Assembly (NCBI GenBank): GCA_963977445.1
Contig: CAXBPH010000065.1
Span: forward strand, 1-28,734
Length of the DNA stretch: 28,734 bases
Source of the DNA: an uncultured bacterium
GTDB taxonomy: Bacteria; Hydrogenedentota; Hydrogenedentia; Hydrogenedentales; JAEUWI01
Direction: 5' to 3'
Shown piece after piece: positions 1-9,200 of this stretch. The first letter of the stretch is position 1; each line of letters starts with the position of its first letter. Position numbers and translations under genes: made by a program. The notes beneath the pieces are model-generated. The model saw only the letters and a list, made by a program, of their open reading frames with translations. It made no database searches and was not told the DNA's origin.

Positions 1-390
1 GACGGGAATTTTCTCGTTGTCGGGCCCTGCGCGAAGTCTTGCCTGGTGGCCGCCGAACGCATGGCGGAGGCGGGCCTGTCTTTTGGCGTGGTAGACGCCC
101 GGCACATCAAGCCCCTCGATACCACGCTATTGGACACTTTGCTGGACCGCCCGATTGTAACGGTCGAAGAAAATACCCTCGAAGGCGGATTCGGCGCTGC
201 CGTTATCGAATACTTCGACAAGACCAACCGATTGCAGGAATTGCGTATCCATCGGATTGGTATACCAGACGTTTTCAGCGAACAGGCGACCCGTGGCGAG
301 CAATTGGCGGCCCACGATCTTGATGTGGAAGGCCTCACCCGTCGGGCAACGAAATTTGTCCAGCGCGAAATCCCTCAGCCTATCAACTGA
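1..390 (+). CDS. dxs: 1-deoxy-D-xylulose-5-phosphate synthase, C-terminal part (truncated by window start)
   Basis: Frame +1 is open from base 1 (DGNFLVVGPCAK...). Transketolase C-terminal motifs typical of Dxs: VVDARHIKPLD, IVTVEENTLEGGFGAAV, IGIPDVFSEQ. TGA at 388-390. Confidence 0.88.
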   Translation, partial: DGNFLVVGPCAKSCLVAAERMAEAGLSFGVVDARHIKPLDTTLLDTLLDRPIVTVEENTLEGGFGAAVIEYFDKTNRLQELRIHRIGIPDVFSEQATRGEQLAAHDLDVEGLTRRATKFVQREIPQPIN

Positions 391-437
391 GTCGTCGATT
401 TGCGGAACGGAATGCCTGTCCCATAGCGTTGCTGACG

Positions 438-629
438 TCAGGTCGTAGCCGACAGGGCCATGATTGTCATCATTGTGATAACGATGGCCGCGAAAATAGC
501 GCCTGCACATCCCACCCACAGCCGGAATTTAAACCACGTCGTCTGGTGTCCACACTCAGGGCATACGCCACGGTTTATACCCATGGATTCTCCACAGGCA
601 GGACAAGTTTTGGTCCGATCGGCGCTCAT
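438..629 (-). CDS. Small zinc-ribbon protein with C-terminal transmembrane helix (63 aa)
   Basis: CPAC-x10-CPEC four-Cys motif followed by hydrophobic stretch LWVGCAGAIFAAIVITMMTIMAL. AAGGAA lies upstream of the ATG on the minus strand. Confidence 0.75.
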   Translation of the reverse strand: MSADRTKTCPACGESMGINRGVCPECGHQTTWFKFRLWVGCAGAIFAAIVITMMTIMALSATT

Positions 630-760
630 GAGACTAAGATTTCCTTCTACGACAAGGGAAGTTGCGGGCGGAGAGCCTCGGAAGCTCTCAGAGAGAGGCA
701 GAATTCCGATACTCGCCCGACTAAGGTTGTATCAACGGGCCCCTAGTATACGGCATGAAT

Positions 761-784
761 TGGGGGCTGATAAAGTCTCCCCCA
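761..784 (-). terminator. Weak hairpin just downstream of the diheme cytochrome gene
   Basis: TGGGGG (761-766) / CCCCCA (779-784) inverted repeat 7 nt past the stop. No clear U-tract. Confidence 0.3.
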
Positions 785-791
785 CCTTTTC

Positions 792-1910
792 CTACTGTTT
801 TGTCTCGTAGTAGGTTTCCGAACCGAGGTAGGGGTTCATCGATTGAATCCATGCCTGGATCAGCCCGACACCCTCTTCATGGACAATGGTCCGTCCCGTT
901 CGGGGCATCATCATGGCAGGATCGGTGGCTCGAAGACGAGACAGGAGAAAAGAGCGGTCCGGACGGGCTGGGCGAATGGCATAGCGGTATCCCCGCGAGG
1001 CCGGGCCTGCCGCCGTTGGCAGTTTGTTGATGCCGTAGGCCACGGGTTCCTGTTGGGACCAGGAGAGATCGAGTCCCGTTGAACCTGCGTCGCCCCCTGG
1101 GTTATGGCAGTGGGCGCAATTGCCCTCCAGATAGGATCGTGCCCGAACATCTATCGAGGCCTTTTCGTCATCCCATGGTGCCATATAGGGGACCGTTTCG
1201 GTGGACGCCGGGGCATTTTCCAATATACCCGCTTCAATCCAATGGGCGATCTGATTGGCGGGGCCATGCTTATAGGGAAAAGAGCGATTGAGTTGGCGGG
1301 CCTTCGGTCCGATGGGGCCCATGACGCCGTCATTCTCGTGGCAGTGTTTACACTGATTCATGTTGGGGATACTGTAGCGGATACTTCGCTCTGTCCCCGT
1401 TGTGTCGACCCAGGAAACCGGAATGCGAGCACCCGCAACGGCCAGGCGCGCATCGGTCAGGTCGTCATTCCAGACATAGGGGTAGCCCACCCAGCCCTCA
1501 GGCCGATGCATGAGCAAGCGGGTCTCGAGGATTCGCTCTCCCCCATCGGGATTGCGTTGATCGTGTTTGTAGCTGAAGGTCTTTATCAGGACCGCGCCCA
1601 CGGGAAAAACGAAGGCACCATCGTCCTTATACTCCGCCGTCCCATTTTGGGGAAGAAATAGGAATCGATATTTTTCTGCGTAATCCGCGAAGAGCGCCGT
1701 ATTAAGATCGTAGGGAATGAGTTCCTCATTCGGAAGTTGGTTTTGAACATCCCGAAAAAGATGGTAGTCATTAATAGAACGAGCGGGCGGCGCGGTAACG
1801 TCGATGGTGACCCGCTCCGGTTGGGGCGTGGACAAAATCGTTGTGGGTGCCTCCCCGAGGGCGAGAAAAGGCACCCACAACGATAAGAATAGCGTTACTG
1901 CATGGGGCAT
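792..1910 (-). CDS. SO2930-like diheme c-type cytochrome (HNE_0200 family), exported
   Basis: Signal peptide; two heme motifs CKHCH and CAHCH; family-typical segments PYDLNTALFADYAEKYRF, FPVGAVLIKTF, LETRLL, MMPRTGRTIVHEEG. Starts 7 nt after the beta-helix gene stop. Confidence 0.85.
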   Translation of the reverse strand: MPHAVTLFLSLWVPFLALGEAPTTILSTPQPERVTIDVTAPPARSINDYHLFRDVQNQLPNEELIPYDLNTALFADYAEKYRFLFLPQNGTAEYKDDGAFVFPVGAVLIKTFSYKHDQRNPDGGERILETRLLMHRPEGWVGYPYVWNDDLTDARLAVAGARIPVSWVDTTGTERSIRYSIPNMNQCKHCHENDGVMGPIGPKARQLNRSFPYKHGPANQIAHWIEAGILENAPASTETVPYMAPWDDEKASIDVRARSYLEGNCAHCHNPGGDAGSTGLDLSWSQQEPVAYGINKLPTAAGPASRGYRYAIRPARPDRSFLLSRLRATDPAMMMPRTGRTIVHEEGVGLIQAWIQSMNPYLGSETYYETKQ

Positions 1911-1917
1911 AGCGCGC

Positions 1918-3183
1918 TTACTTTGCCTTAGAGAGTTTGATTTCTGGCAATGACGGTAAGGGCGTGGCGTGTTGGGAGATATTGCGGGATATCTTTGACT
2001 GATCCTGGGTCAAGAAGGCTTCCACCCCGCCCAGGTTTACAAAGGTAACGTCACCGCCACCCGTTCTTGAGTTGTCGTGGATCGAAATACGACGGTCTTC
2101 GGCAGGTTTCCCATCACTTCCTTTTTCCGCATCAAAGGCACCGTCCCAGACGATATCGGCCAAGGGAAGTCCGGCGAATTGTCCCATGAGCTCTCCTGCT
2201 TCGCCGAGAGGAGCGTAACCCCCTTTTCCAAGTCGATTGTTATGGACGTGGATACCCTCGGCGTAGGGATTATAGAGGGGGTCGGTGAGGGGCTTGCCAC
2301 CGGAAAGCCAACTGGTCAGCAAAATGCTGACGGTCTGGTTGTTGTAGATATCATTGTCGAAGATCTCGACATTGTAATTCGCCATGACGATGATTCCCGT
2401 ACCGGTGGGAACCGTGCCGACAATATTTCCGGCCGGCGCGAAATTCACTGTATCGTTGTCAAAGATCTTGTTGCGGAAGACGCGGGTCCGTTGGCCATCT
2501 TTCACCGGGAGTCCCGGCATATCGAAGACCAGGATGCCGCCGGTGTTCCTGGTCGCAATATTGTCGTACACATCGGCGTCATAGCAGTTTTCAATTTCTA
2601 TGCCCGCCACGTTAAATTCGACGAGATTCTTGCGGACGATGACCTGCTTCGTCTGGCCAACATAAATACCGGCGTCGGAAGCGCCTCGGACGATACATTC
2701 TTCAATTAATGTGTTGGTGCCACTCACGGGGTAGAGTCCGTAGGCACCATTCTTTTCGTTGGGGCCACCGGTCCATTCTGTCCGAACGCGTCGTACGACG
2801 AGATTGTCGGCACCGTTGGATTTCATGGCGTTGCCCGTTGTGTCTTCAATAGCGAAGTCTTCGAGGGTGACATTGTCGCTCGTAATATACAGGCCCTCGG
2901 CCCCGGAATCCTGTGACTTGAAGGTCAGGACGCTCTGGTCCATACCCTCCCCTTTGATCGTCACCGAATCGACGTCCAGCGACAAGCTTTGGTCAAAGAC
3001 ATACTTTCCGGCTGTGAAGAAGAACACCGTTCCGGGTGGACTAAGTATAAAGGCTTCCTGTACGGCTTCCTGCGTGTCGGGTCCCGGCGCGAAGGTCACG
3101 GTTTCCGCCAGGGAAACGTTGCTCACTCCGAGAATCAGGATCATCGTACTCAGAAGAGATTTGCTAACACTATTTCGTGACAT
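1918..3183 (-). CDS. Parallel beta-helix repeat protein, exported (family usually paired with the SO2930-like cytochrome)
   Basis: Signal peptide; NGAYGLYPV, GASDAGIYVGQ, NVAGIEIEN, TGGILVFDMP, NFAPAGNIVG motifs. Start moved from 3210 to ATG 3183, which has AGGAG upstream. Confidence 0.85.
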   Translation of the reverse strand: MSRNSVSKSLLSTMILILGVSNVSLAETVTFAPGPDTQEAVQEAFILSPPGTVFFFTAGKYVFDQSLSLDVDSVTIKGEGMDQSVLTFKSQDSGAEGLYITSDNVTLEDFAIEDTTGNAMKSNGADNLVVRRVRTEWTGGPNEKNGAYGLYPVSGTNTLIEECIVRGASDAGIYVGQTKQVIVRKNLVEFNVAGIEIENCYDADVYDNIATRNTGGILVFDMPGLPVKDGQRTRVFRNKIFDNDTVNFAPAGNIVGTVPTGTGIIVMANYNVEIFDNDIYNNQTVSILLTSWLSGGKPLTDPLYNPYAEGIHVHNNRLGKGGYAPLGEAGELMGQFAGLPLADIVWDGAFDAEKGSDGKPAEDRRISIHDNSRTGGGDVTFVNLGGVEAFLTQDQSKISRNISQHATPLPSLPEIKLSKAK

Positions 3184-3226
3184 CACAGGTCTCCTATACC
3201 GTAGATACATTTCTGAAGGTCAATTA

Positions 3227-3256
3227 TTTGACTCTGCATTAATTCCGGGGGTTACA
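3227..3256 (-). promoter_or_regulatory. Candidate ECF-sigma promoter for the beta-helix/cytochrome operon
   Basis: Minus strand reads TGTAACCC-N16-GTCAAA, resembling the sigmaE-type GGAACTT...(G)TCAAA pattern. Lies between the upstream terminator and the RBS. Confidence 0.35.
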
Positions 3257-3293
3257 GCGTTCCTCATTCAACAATGCTGATGCCGCAATTAAT

Positions 3294-3331
3294 CAGGCAG
3301 GGTCCGGCTCGAAGAGGGCGGACCCTGCCTG
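3294..3331 (-). terminator. Strong hairpin, probable terminator of the DUF1559 gene
   Basis: Perfect 13-bp stem CAGGCAGGGTCCG (3294-3306) / CGGACCCTGCCTG (3319-3331), followed on the minus strand by AT-rich ATTAATT. Confidence 0.7.
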
Positions 3332-3358
3332 TATTCTAAAACAAATAAATATCCGGAA

Positions 3359-4360
3359 CTATCGGATAATGGCACCTACAGCACGGGCTGTATTTCCGTT
3401 CGCCGGTGCGTCACCATTGGTGTCGTATTTCTGGAACTCAACGTGGCCGTCCATGAAGAGAACGTTGGCACCACCAGGAACGTGGCTGAAATCTACATCA
3501 CCAATAGCCTGAGTCGTGGACACGATGTCGAAATACACATAGACTTCGGACTGGGCTTTGGAGGAGGCGGCCGCGTTGTTGATATCGGTAATCATGAAGC
3601 GTTCAACGCCTTCACGGAAGCGAAGCAGGGATTCGCCCGAACCGGAACCGTAATTTCTGTCGTCGGGCTGACCTACCGCTACGGCGGCACTACTGACATT
3701 GACGTCGCTCAAGCGTGCAGCCTCGGCACCGGCACTGGGCCAGGCTTGCAGCGTGCGGATGGCTACGTCCCAGAGTACGCTCTGGAGGCAGAAGTTGCCC
3801 GCACCGGGATAGCCAATAAGGGCACCATCGATAGTGCGATCATCTGAGTTGCACTGATCAAAGATGTGACCAAAATAAAGATAGCTGTCCTGGCCGGCAC
3901 GACTACCGTGATCGTCGTCACCATCGCAGACTTTGTGAAAGTAATTCGCGCCCTGAGGGGTGGTCCATGCGTCTGTCGTCAGCGTTGCGTCTGAAGGACA
4001 GACCAAGATGGCAGGATCGGTCAGGTACTCCGGATGAAGCTCCCTGGGATCGGGCATGGGCTCGAAAACATTTGCTGTGTTGACCTGCAAATCCGTTTGA
4101 ACGGATGCGCTGTCGGTATAGGCCATACAATCGAAGGCAGGTGCAGCAACCTGGGCGAACATGGGAGGGAAGACTTCCCCGTTGGATTCGTTGGCATACA
4201 TTTTGAACACGATGCCCATTTGCTTGAGATTGTTCTGACAACTGGCACGACGGGCCGCTTCACGGGCGCGAGCGAGTGCAGGGAGCAAAATTGCGGCGAG
4301 GATGCCGATGATCGCGATGACCACCAGTAACTCAATAAGGGTAAAACCTTTGCGATTCAT
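3359..4360 (-). CDS. DUF1559 family prepilin-type N-terminal cleavage/methylation protein
   Basis: [27 protein letters not shown] prepilin motif; [26 protein letters not shown]-terminal [20 protein letters not shown] 4360 has AAAGGAG RBS. Confidence 0.92.
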   Translation of the reverse strand: MNRKGFTLIELLVVIAIIGILAAILLPALARAREAARRASCQNNLKQMGIVFKMYANESNGEVFPPMFAQVAAPAFDCMAYTDSASVQTDLQVNTANVFEPMPDPRELHPEYLTDPAILVCPSDATLTTDAWTTPQGANYFHKVCDGDDDHGSRAGQDSYLYFGHIFDQCNSDDRTIDGALIGYPGAGNFCLQSVLWDVAIRTLQAWPSAGAEAARLSDVNVSSAAVAVGQPDDRNYGSGSGESLLRFREGVERFMITDINNAAASSKAQSEVYVYFDIVSTTQAIGDVDFSHVPGGANVLFMDGHVEFQKYDTNGDAPANGNTARAVGAIIR

Positions 4361-4543
4361 CTTGAGAATCTCCTTTGTGAATGAAATATGAATGGATGAG
4401 TTATACACGTTAACCAAACATTGTTTTCATGCGCTTGCCTGTACGATGAAGTCTCCTTTCCTGTTGCTCAATGGCTCTTGATGAAAACATGAAACTACTT
4501 CATGGATGGTTCAAAGAATTTATGTCCAACGACGAAATCATCT

Positions 4544-5614
4544 CTATTCCCAGAGTAGGGTATCGGGTTCGACAAGATTGACCGGAATCAAAAAATGCGA
4601 CGGATTTGGCACCATGCCTTCGTTGAGTTGGTGGACCATGCTATAGAGAGCGGCGTTGGTCTCTCGCGACAAGGCCCATCGGGTATAGGCATATCGACAG
4701 CCGGGCACCTGTGGGGCACGGACGCGCACGGTACAGACCAGAAAGTCATCGGGAACTTTCATTCCCAGACCATCGGCAATCCGAACGGCAACCGACGCTG
4801 TTATCTTCGAGGAGCATATGACGGCCGTCGGGGCCTGACCCGCCCGAAGTGCACGGCGCAAATGTAGTTCAATGGCCCGATGCTCCAGCTCGACGCTACG
4901 GACGCGAACATCGATATTTTGTTTATTCGTCTGCTCAACGCCTTTTTCCACGCCATCGAGAAATTCATTGTCGCCAAAACCCCACAGGCGATTCATAAGC
5001 ACCAGAACCCGATCGTGGCCATTGCTAACCACATACTCCGATAGCAATTGACCGGCTTGGCGATAGTCCATATCAATCCAAGGTATTTCGCAGGTGGTCT
5101 TACTCACGCCACCCGTCGCAATGACGGGAAGTCCCATTTCCTTGACGAGCCGTTGTACCGCCTGGGTGCACGCCACCAATACGATAGTTCGGGGTCGGGT
5201 ACCTCCCTCCCAGGAGTCCGCTATGCGCTCGCAAAAGGCTAACTGTTCTTCTTCGGGGATAAATACCTGTTGGATTGAGTCGTCAGGAAATTCCAGATGT
5301 ACCGTCTTGACGATGTTTTCGATAATGACGTTATAGAGGGCATAAAAGCTTGATGGCACCCAAATCTGGATGGTGCGTGGCATGGTGCGGGTAGACTTGA
5401 TGGCCCCTTCCCCGATATAGGTTCCAGAGCCGTGGCGACGTTGCAGAAGGCCATTTGACGCCAGGTTTCGCATGGCCCGGTCGGCGGTCATGGGGCTTAC
5501 ACCGAGCATCTGCGCAACTTCCCGGGCACTTTGATAAAGTTGCCCTGGCTTAAGGTTGCGAGAACGAATGTCCTGCTCAATGGCTAACATCACCTGTGAA
5601 TTTTTACTGGACAT
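4544..5614 (-). CDS. GntR-family regulator with C-terminal LacI/periplasmic-binding-type effector domain
   Basis: Winged HTH: LKPGQLYQSAREVAQMLGVSPMTADRAMRNLASNGLLQRRHGSGTYI. LacI-like C-terminus: WIDMDYRQAGQLLSEYVVSNGHDRV, PTAVIC, GMKVPDDF. ATG 5614 has GGGAG RBS. Confidence 0.88.
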   Translation of the reverse strand: MSSKNSQVMLAIEQDIRSRNLKPGQLYQSAREVAQMLGVSPMTADRAMRNLASNGLLQRRHGSGTYIGEGAIKSTRTMPRTIQIWVPSSFYALYNVIIENIVKTVHLEFPDDSIQQVFIPEEEQLAFCERIADSWEGGTRPRTIVLVACTQAVQRLVKEMGLPVIATGGVSKTTCEIPWIDMDYRQAGQLLSEYVVSNGHDRVLVLMNRLWGFGDNEFLDGVEKGVEQTNKQNIDVRVRSVELEHRAIELHLRRALRAGQAPTAVICSSKITASVAVRIADGLGMKVPDDFLVCTVRVRAPQVPGCRYAYTRWALSRETNAALYSMVHQLNEGMVPNPSHFLIPVNLVEPDTLLWE

Positions 5615-5874
5615 CAAACTCCCTGAATTAATGTTGAAACCAATAGCTAACAATACGGCGGGCAGGTTGCGCAGGAAGATGGCTTCTCCGAATCACGTCA
5701 CCAGGCAATTCCCAATTAATCGTCTCTGCTTCGGAAAAATACGTCGTATTGCTATCGACGGGCGATGGTTCTTGTCCCATTCGACGAGAACGTTGCCAGT
5801 TTCCCAACGGGAATTTCCTTAGTACAATCTCACTTCCATGCGACAACACCCGAAATAGGTATCACTGCATTGCC

Positions 5875-5910
5875 TGCTATAGAGATAGCACTAATTCTGC
5901 TAGATGTCAA
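5875..5910 (-). promoter_or_regulatory. Candidate sigma70 promoter with overlapping operator-like inverted repeats upstream of GntR
   Basis: Minus strand TTGACA (5910-5905)-N17-TATCTC, with TG in the extended -10 position. Overlapped by TGCTAT-AGAG-ATAGCA (5875-5890) and TAGCA-N7-TGCTA (5886-5902). Confidence 0.5.
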
Positions 5911-6148
5911 TGTAAATCAGGGAAGTGTATCAAGAAGTGGTGCAATTGTGGCCGGGTCTAAAAAGCACCATATTGGCTTGGCACTTGTGTGGCCTAAGAT
6001 ATTATAGAGTAACTGCTTAAGGTGTTTTTCGCTGTGCGGAATTGTCTCAGAAATGCTATGAAAACACAACGTTACATCAATGCTTTATCAGTCCCGGTCA
6101 GGCGCGTTTACGGATTGTACCAACGGCCGGAGATTCTACCATACCCCA

Positions 6149-6178
6149 TCAAAAAGTCACGTATTGGTCACTTTTTGA
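6149..6178. promoter_or_regulatory. AT-rich inverted repeat, possible protein-binding site
   Basis: TCAAAAAGT (6149-6157)-N12-ACTTTTTGA (6170-6178). Confidence 0.3.
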
Positions 6179-6191
6179 ATCCGTGACGAAC

Positions 6192-6228
6192 AAAAATACG
6201 GGCTTCAGCCGATGTGCTGAAGCCCGTA
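6192..6228 (-). terminator. Rho-independent terminator of the PVC-type heme protein gene
   Basis: 13-bp stem TACGGGCTTCAGC (6197-6209) / GCTGAAGCCCGTA (6216-6228), followed by TTTTT on the minus strand (6196-6192). Confidence 0.85.
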
Positions 6229-6257
6229 ATCAGAGATTGGATTTTCCGTTGCCGAAG

Positions 6258-9200
6258 CTACTTACGGTTGGCGAGGAAAGTTACCACATCCCGTAGTTCT
6301 GACAAGGTCATGAAATTGGCCAACCCCTCAGGCATCGAGGAAAGGGCCCGTTTTCGTTCCGTAATCTCTTCCTTCTCGATGGTCATCTTGCTTACAACCT
6401 GCGCTGCCTCTGCACCGTCACCATGGGCAACGTTTTCTGCGACGGTGTCGACTTTACTATGAGGAAGTTCTTCTTCCGCGAAGGGGTCTTCTTCCTGCGG
6501 GACTTCCAGGACGAGAATCTGGTCGTTTTCTTCCAGCAGGCGACCCGTGATGAAGTCTCCGTTCTTCAGGGTCACACTTACATTCTCGAATCCCTCCGCG
6601 ATGGCTGCGTTGGGCGTCACAATAGCCTCCAGGATATGATTGCGGTCCACCCGGCTTCCAATGCCGGTAAGTTCCGGGCCCACCTGGCTCCCCCCTTCAC
6701 CGTCGAGGGTGTGACAGCGCAGACACTGGGTCTCTGTCTTTTCCATAAATACTTTCTTGCCCTTCACCACATCGCCACCGTGAAGTGCAGGAAGGTAAAG
6801 GTATAGGGGGACTGCCGGGTTTGCTCCATTGCGGTAGGTCGTTAGGAGTGCTTGTAGCGCTGGGATTTTGACATGCTCCGTTACCTGTAGCAATTCGAGT
6901 TCTATGACGGGGTTCAAAGTGCCGTCCACCAACTTCTTCAACAAATCAACCAGCAGGGGCTCCTGCTGGGCTACAGAGAGCTTGGCAATCGCCGTAACCG
7001 CCGCCTGTTGCTCGCGGTCGGAACCAGATGCCAGGCGGACGGCGATGGCTTCTGCTGCGGCGGCCGGGTCAAGAACCACGATCTGGGTCAACGACTCCGC
7101 GCGAACGACGTCGGCCGGATCGGCCAGGGTTTGGACGAGGAGTTCCCGAAGGGCCTCCGGTTTGACGCTGCCCACGAGTTTCATCGCGGCAACACGCTGG
7201 GCAGGATCCCCTTCCTGGTTTCCGGCGAGTGTAACCAACGCAGGCACCGCACCATCCAGTTCATAGGTTTCACAAAGGGCCCCCAAGGCGAGGAGGAATG
7301 GCGGGGAATCGCTATTCAGGAGTGCAGGCAATGCGGCGTTAACGACATCTTTCGTATCGGTGCTCCGTTTTTCGCGGAAAGGTTGCCAGGCACCCGTAAC
7401 CGGATCAAGCTCCGGAGGGGTTGACCACCGGGCAAGGTTATTCAACGCTTCAATGCGAGCGGCTTCCGGTATGGTTACGACGTTCGCCAGGTGCAGGAGG
7501 GCCTCCACATCGCTGCGTTTACCCATTCGAAAATGGGCCGCCAGAATACGGCGCCAGTTGTAGAGGCTATCCGACGATGGTGCAGCGGGCCGTTCTGCGA
7601 GTGCGGCAAGGGCGGGGAAGGCTTCGGGAATGGGCGTGTCGTAGATGGCGCGAATGGCCTCGGCGACGATCGTCGCGTCACTGTCGTTGAGGAAACGGGC
7701 GACTTCAGCGCTCGCCAGACGGCGCAAGGTCAGCAGGCCGCCAAGGCGCACGGCTGGTGCGGGGTGGAGTGCGAGGGTTGCAAGTTCGTCGACCGAAGCC
7801 TGACCCTGCAGGCCAACAATGGCGGCGTGCCGCAGATAGGCGTCCTGGTTGTCATTGCGCAGCAATAGGGCCACCAACCCATCGATAGTATCCTGATCAG
7901 AGACGCCCAGTTTACCCAAGCTGCTTGCCGCGTGGAATTGAACCCGGGGGCTGGGATCTGACAAGGCGGCTCGAAGGGGTGCCAGCACAATGGCCGGTTC
8001 GCCATCCACCAGCACACGGGCCGTCTGCAGCCGAACTTCTTCGTTTTCGTCATTCAACAGGGGGAGCAATCCGCTACTGTCCCCATCACCCTGAAGCAGG
8101 AGTTGCCATTGTCCCCAGATTCCATGAAGGCGGGCAAAGGTGGTGTTTCCTTCCTTCGCGGCTTTTTCAAAATAGACCCGGGATTCTGCTCCCAAATCAG
8201 CCAATGCATATTGGGCTTCGAATCGTACCCGCTGGTCCGCATGGCCCAGCAAGGCGACCAGGGCTTCAGGAGTCCGTTGTGCCATTACTTCACCCAGCAG
8301 TTTTACCGCGTCGGCGTGTTGGGCATTGTCGGCTTGGGAACCCTCGAAGATGCGGTAGATTCGGCCCTTCATGGGTTGGTTCCAACCTTGCACCCAGTCA
8401 GAAAAATAGATGCCGGGTTTCATGCCGAATTCTACATCGGTTACCAGCATGTGGCTGGCGAAATCCTGGCGGTTGACCAATTCAAAACCAGCACCCTTTG
8501 GCGTTACCTGAAAGGAGTGTATAAGACTGCGGCCCGCGTCTCCCCGGAAATCGCTCAAGAAAAACGTGTCGTTGTAGGCCGCTGACATGCCGGTGCCGGG
8601 GTAGAACGCGAGTCCCGATGGCCCCGCGCCGATGTTTAATATGGGAGGAACGATATGGGCAGGCTGGCCTTCGTGCACGGGCTCCCACATCTTTTCTGCA
8701 TTCCAGGGACCACGGGTATTGGGCTCGGTCACCCACTGGTAGCCGATACGCCAGCCACTGTCGCCCCCTTCCACAATCCACACCCAGCGGGCCAAATCAC
8801 CGGCGTCGGAATTGTTGTCTCCGGTGAAGAGATTGCCATAGTTATCAAAGACCAATTCCTGGGGGTTGCGCAGCCCCCGGTGTACGATTTCCAGATCGCT
8901 GCCGTCCAGATTGCATCGGAATACGGCCCCCGTATCCGGCTCTTCCAGCCGGGAACCATCGGGCCGTTTGATGCTGACGCCCCGGTCGCCAATACTGAAA
9001 TAGAGCCGTCCATCGGGACCCTTGCGGAGTCCATGGAGGTCGTGGCCCAGGAAGTTGATATGGACCCCATAGCCCGAACTCAAAATCACCCGGTCATTGG
9101 CGATGCCATCCCCATCGGTATCGGTCAGGCGCCACAACTCAGGGATACAGGTGTAATAAACATGGCCCCGATCGACCAGAACGCCGGCGCCGATGCCCGC

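Noticed and set aside
665..700. Glycine riboswitch-like GGAGAG...CTCTCAG
   Set aside because: Too short, lacks the CCGAAG core, and is on the strand with no downstream gene.
5885..5903. CIRCE (HrcA) operator resemblance (TAGCACT...TGCTA)
   Set aside because: CIRCE is TTAGCACTC-N9-GAGTGCTAA; the spacing here is much shorter and no chaperone gene follows.
5765..6296. Short ORFs 5765-6007 and 6042-6296
   Set aside because: No convincing RBS or motifs; they overlap promoter- and terminator-like elements.
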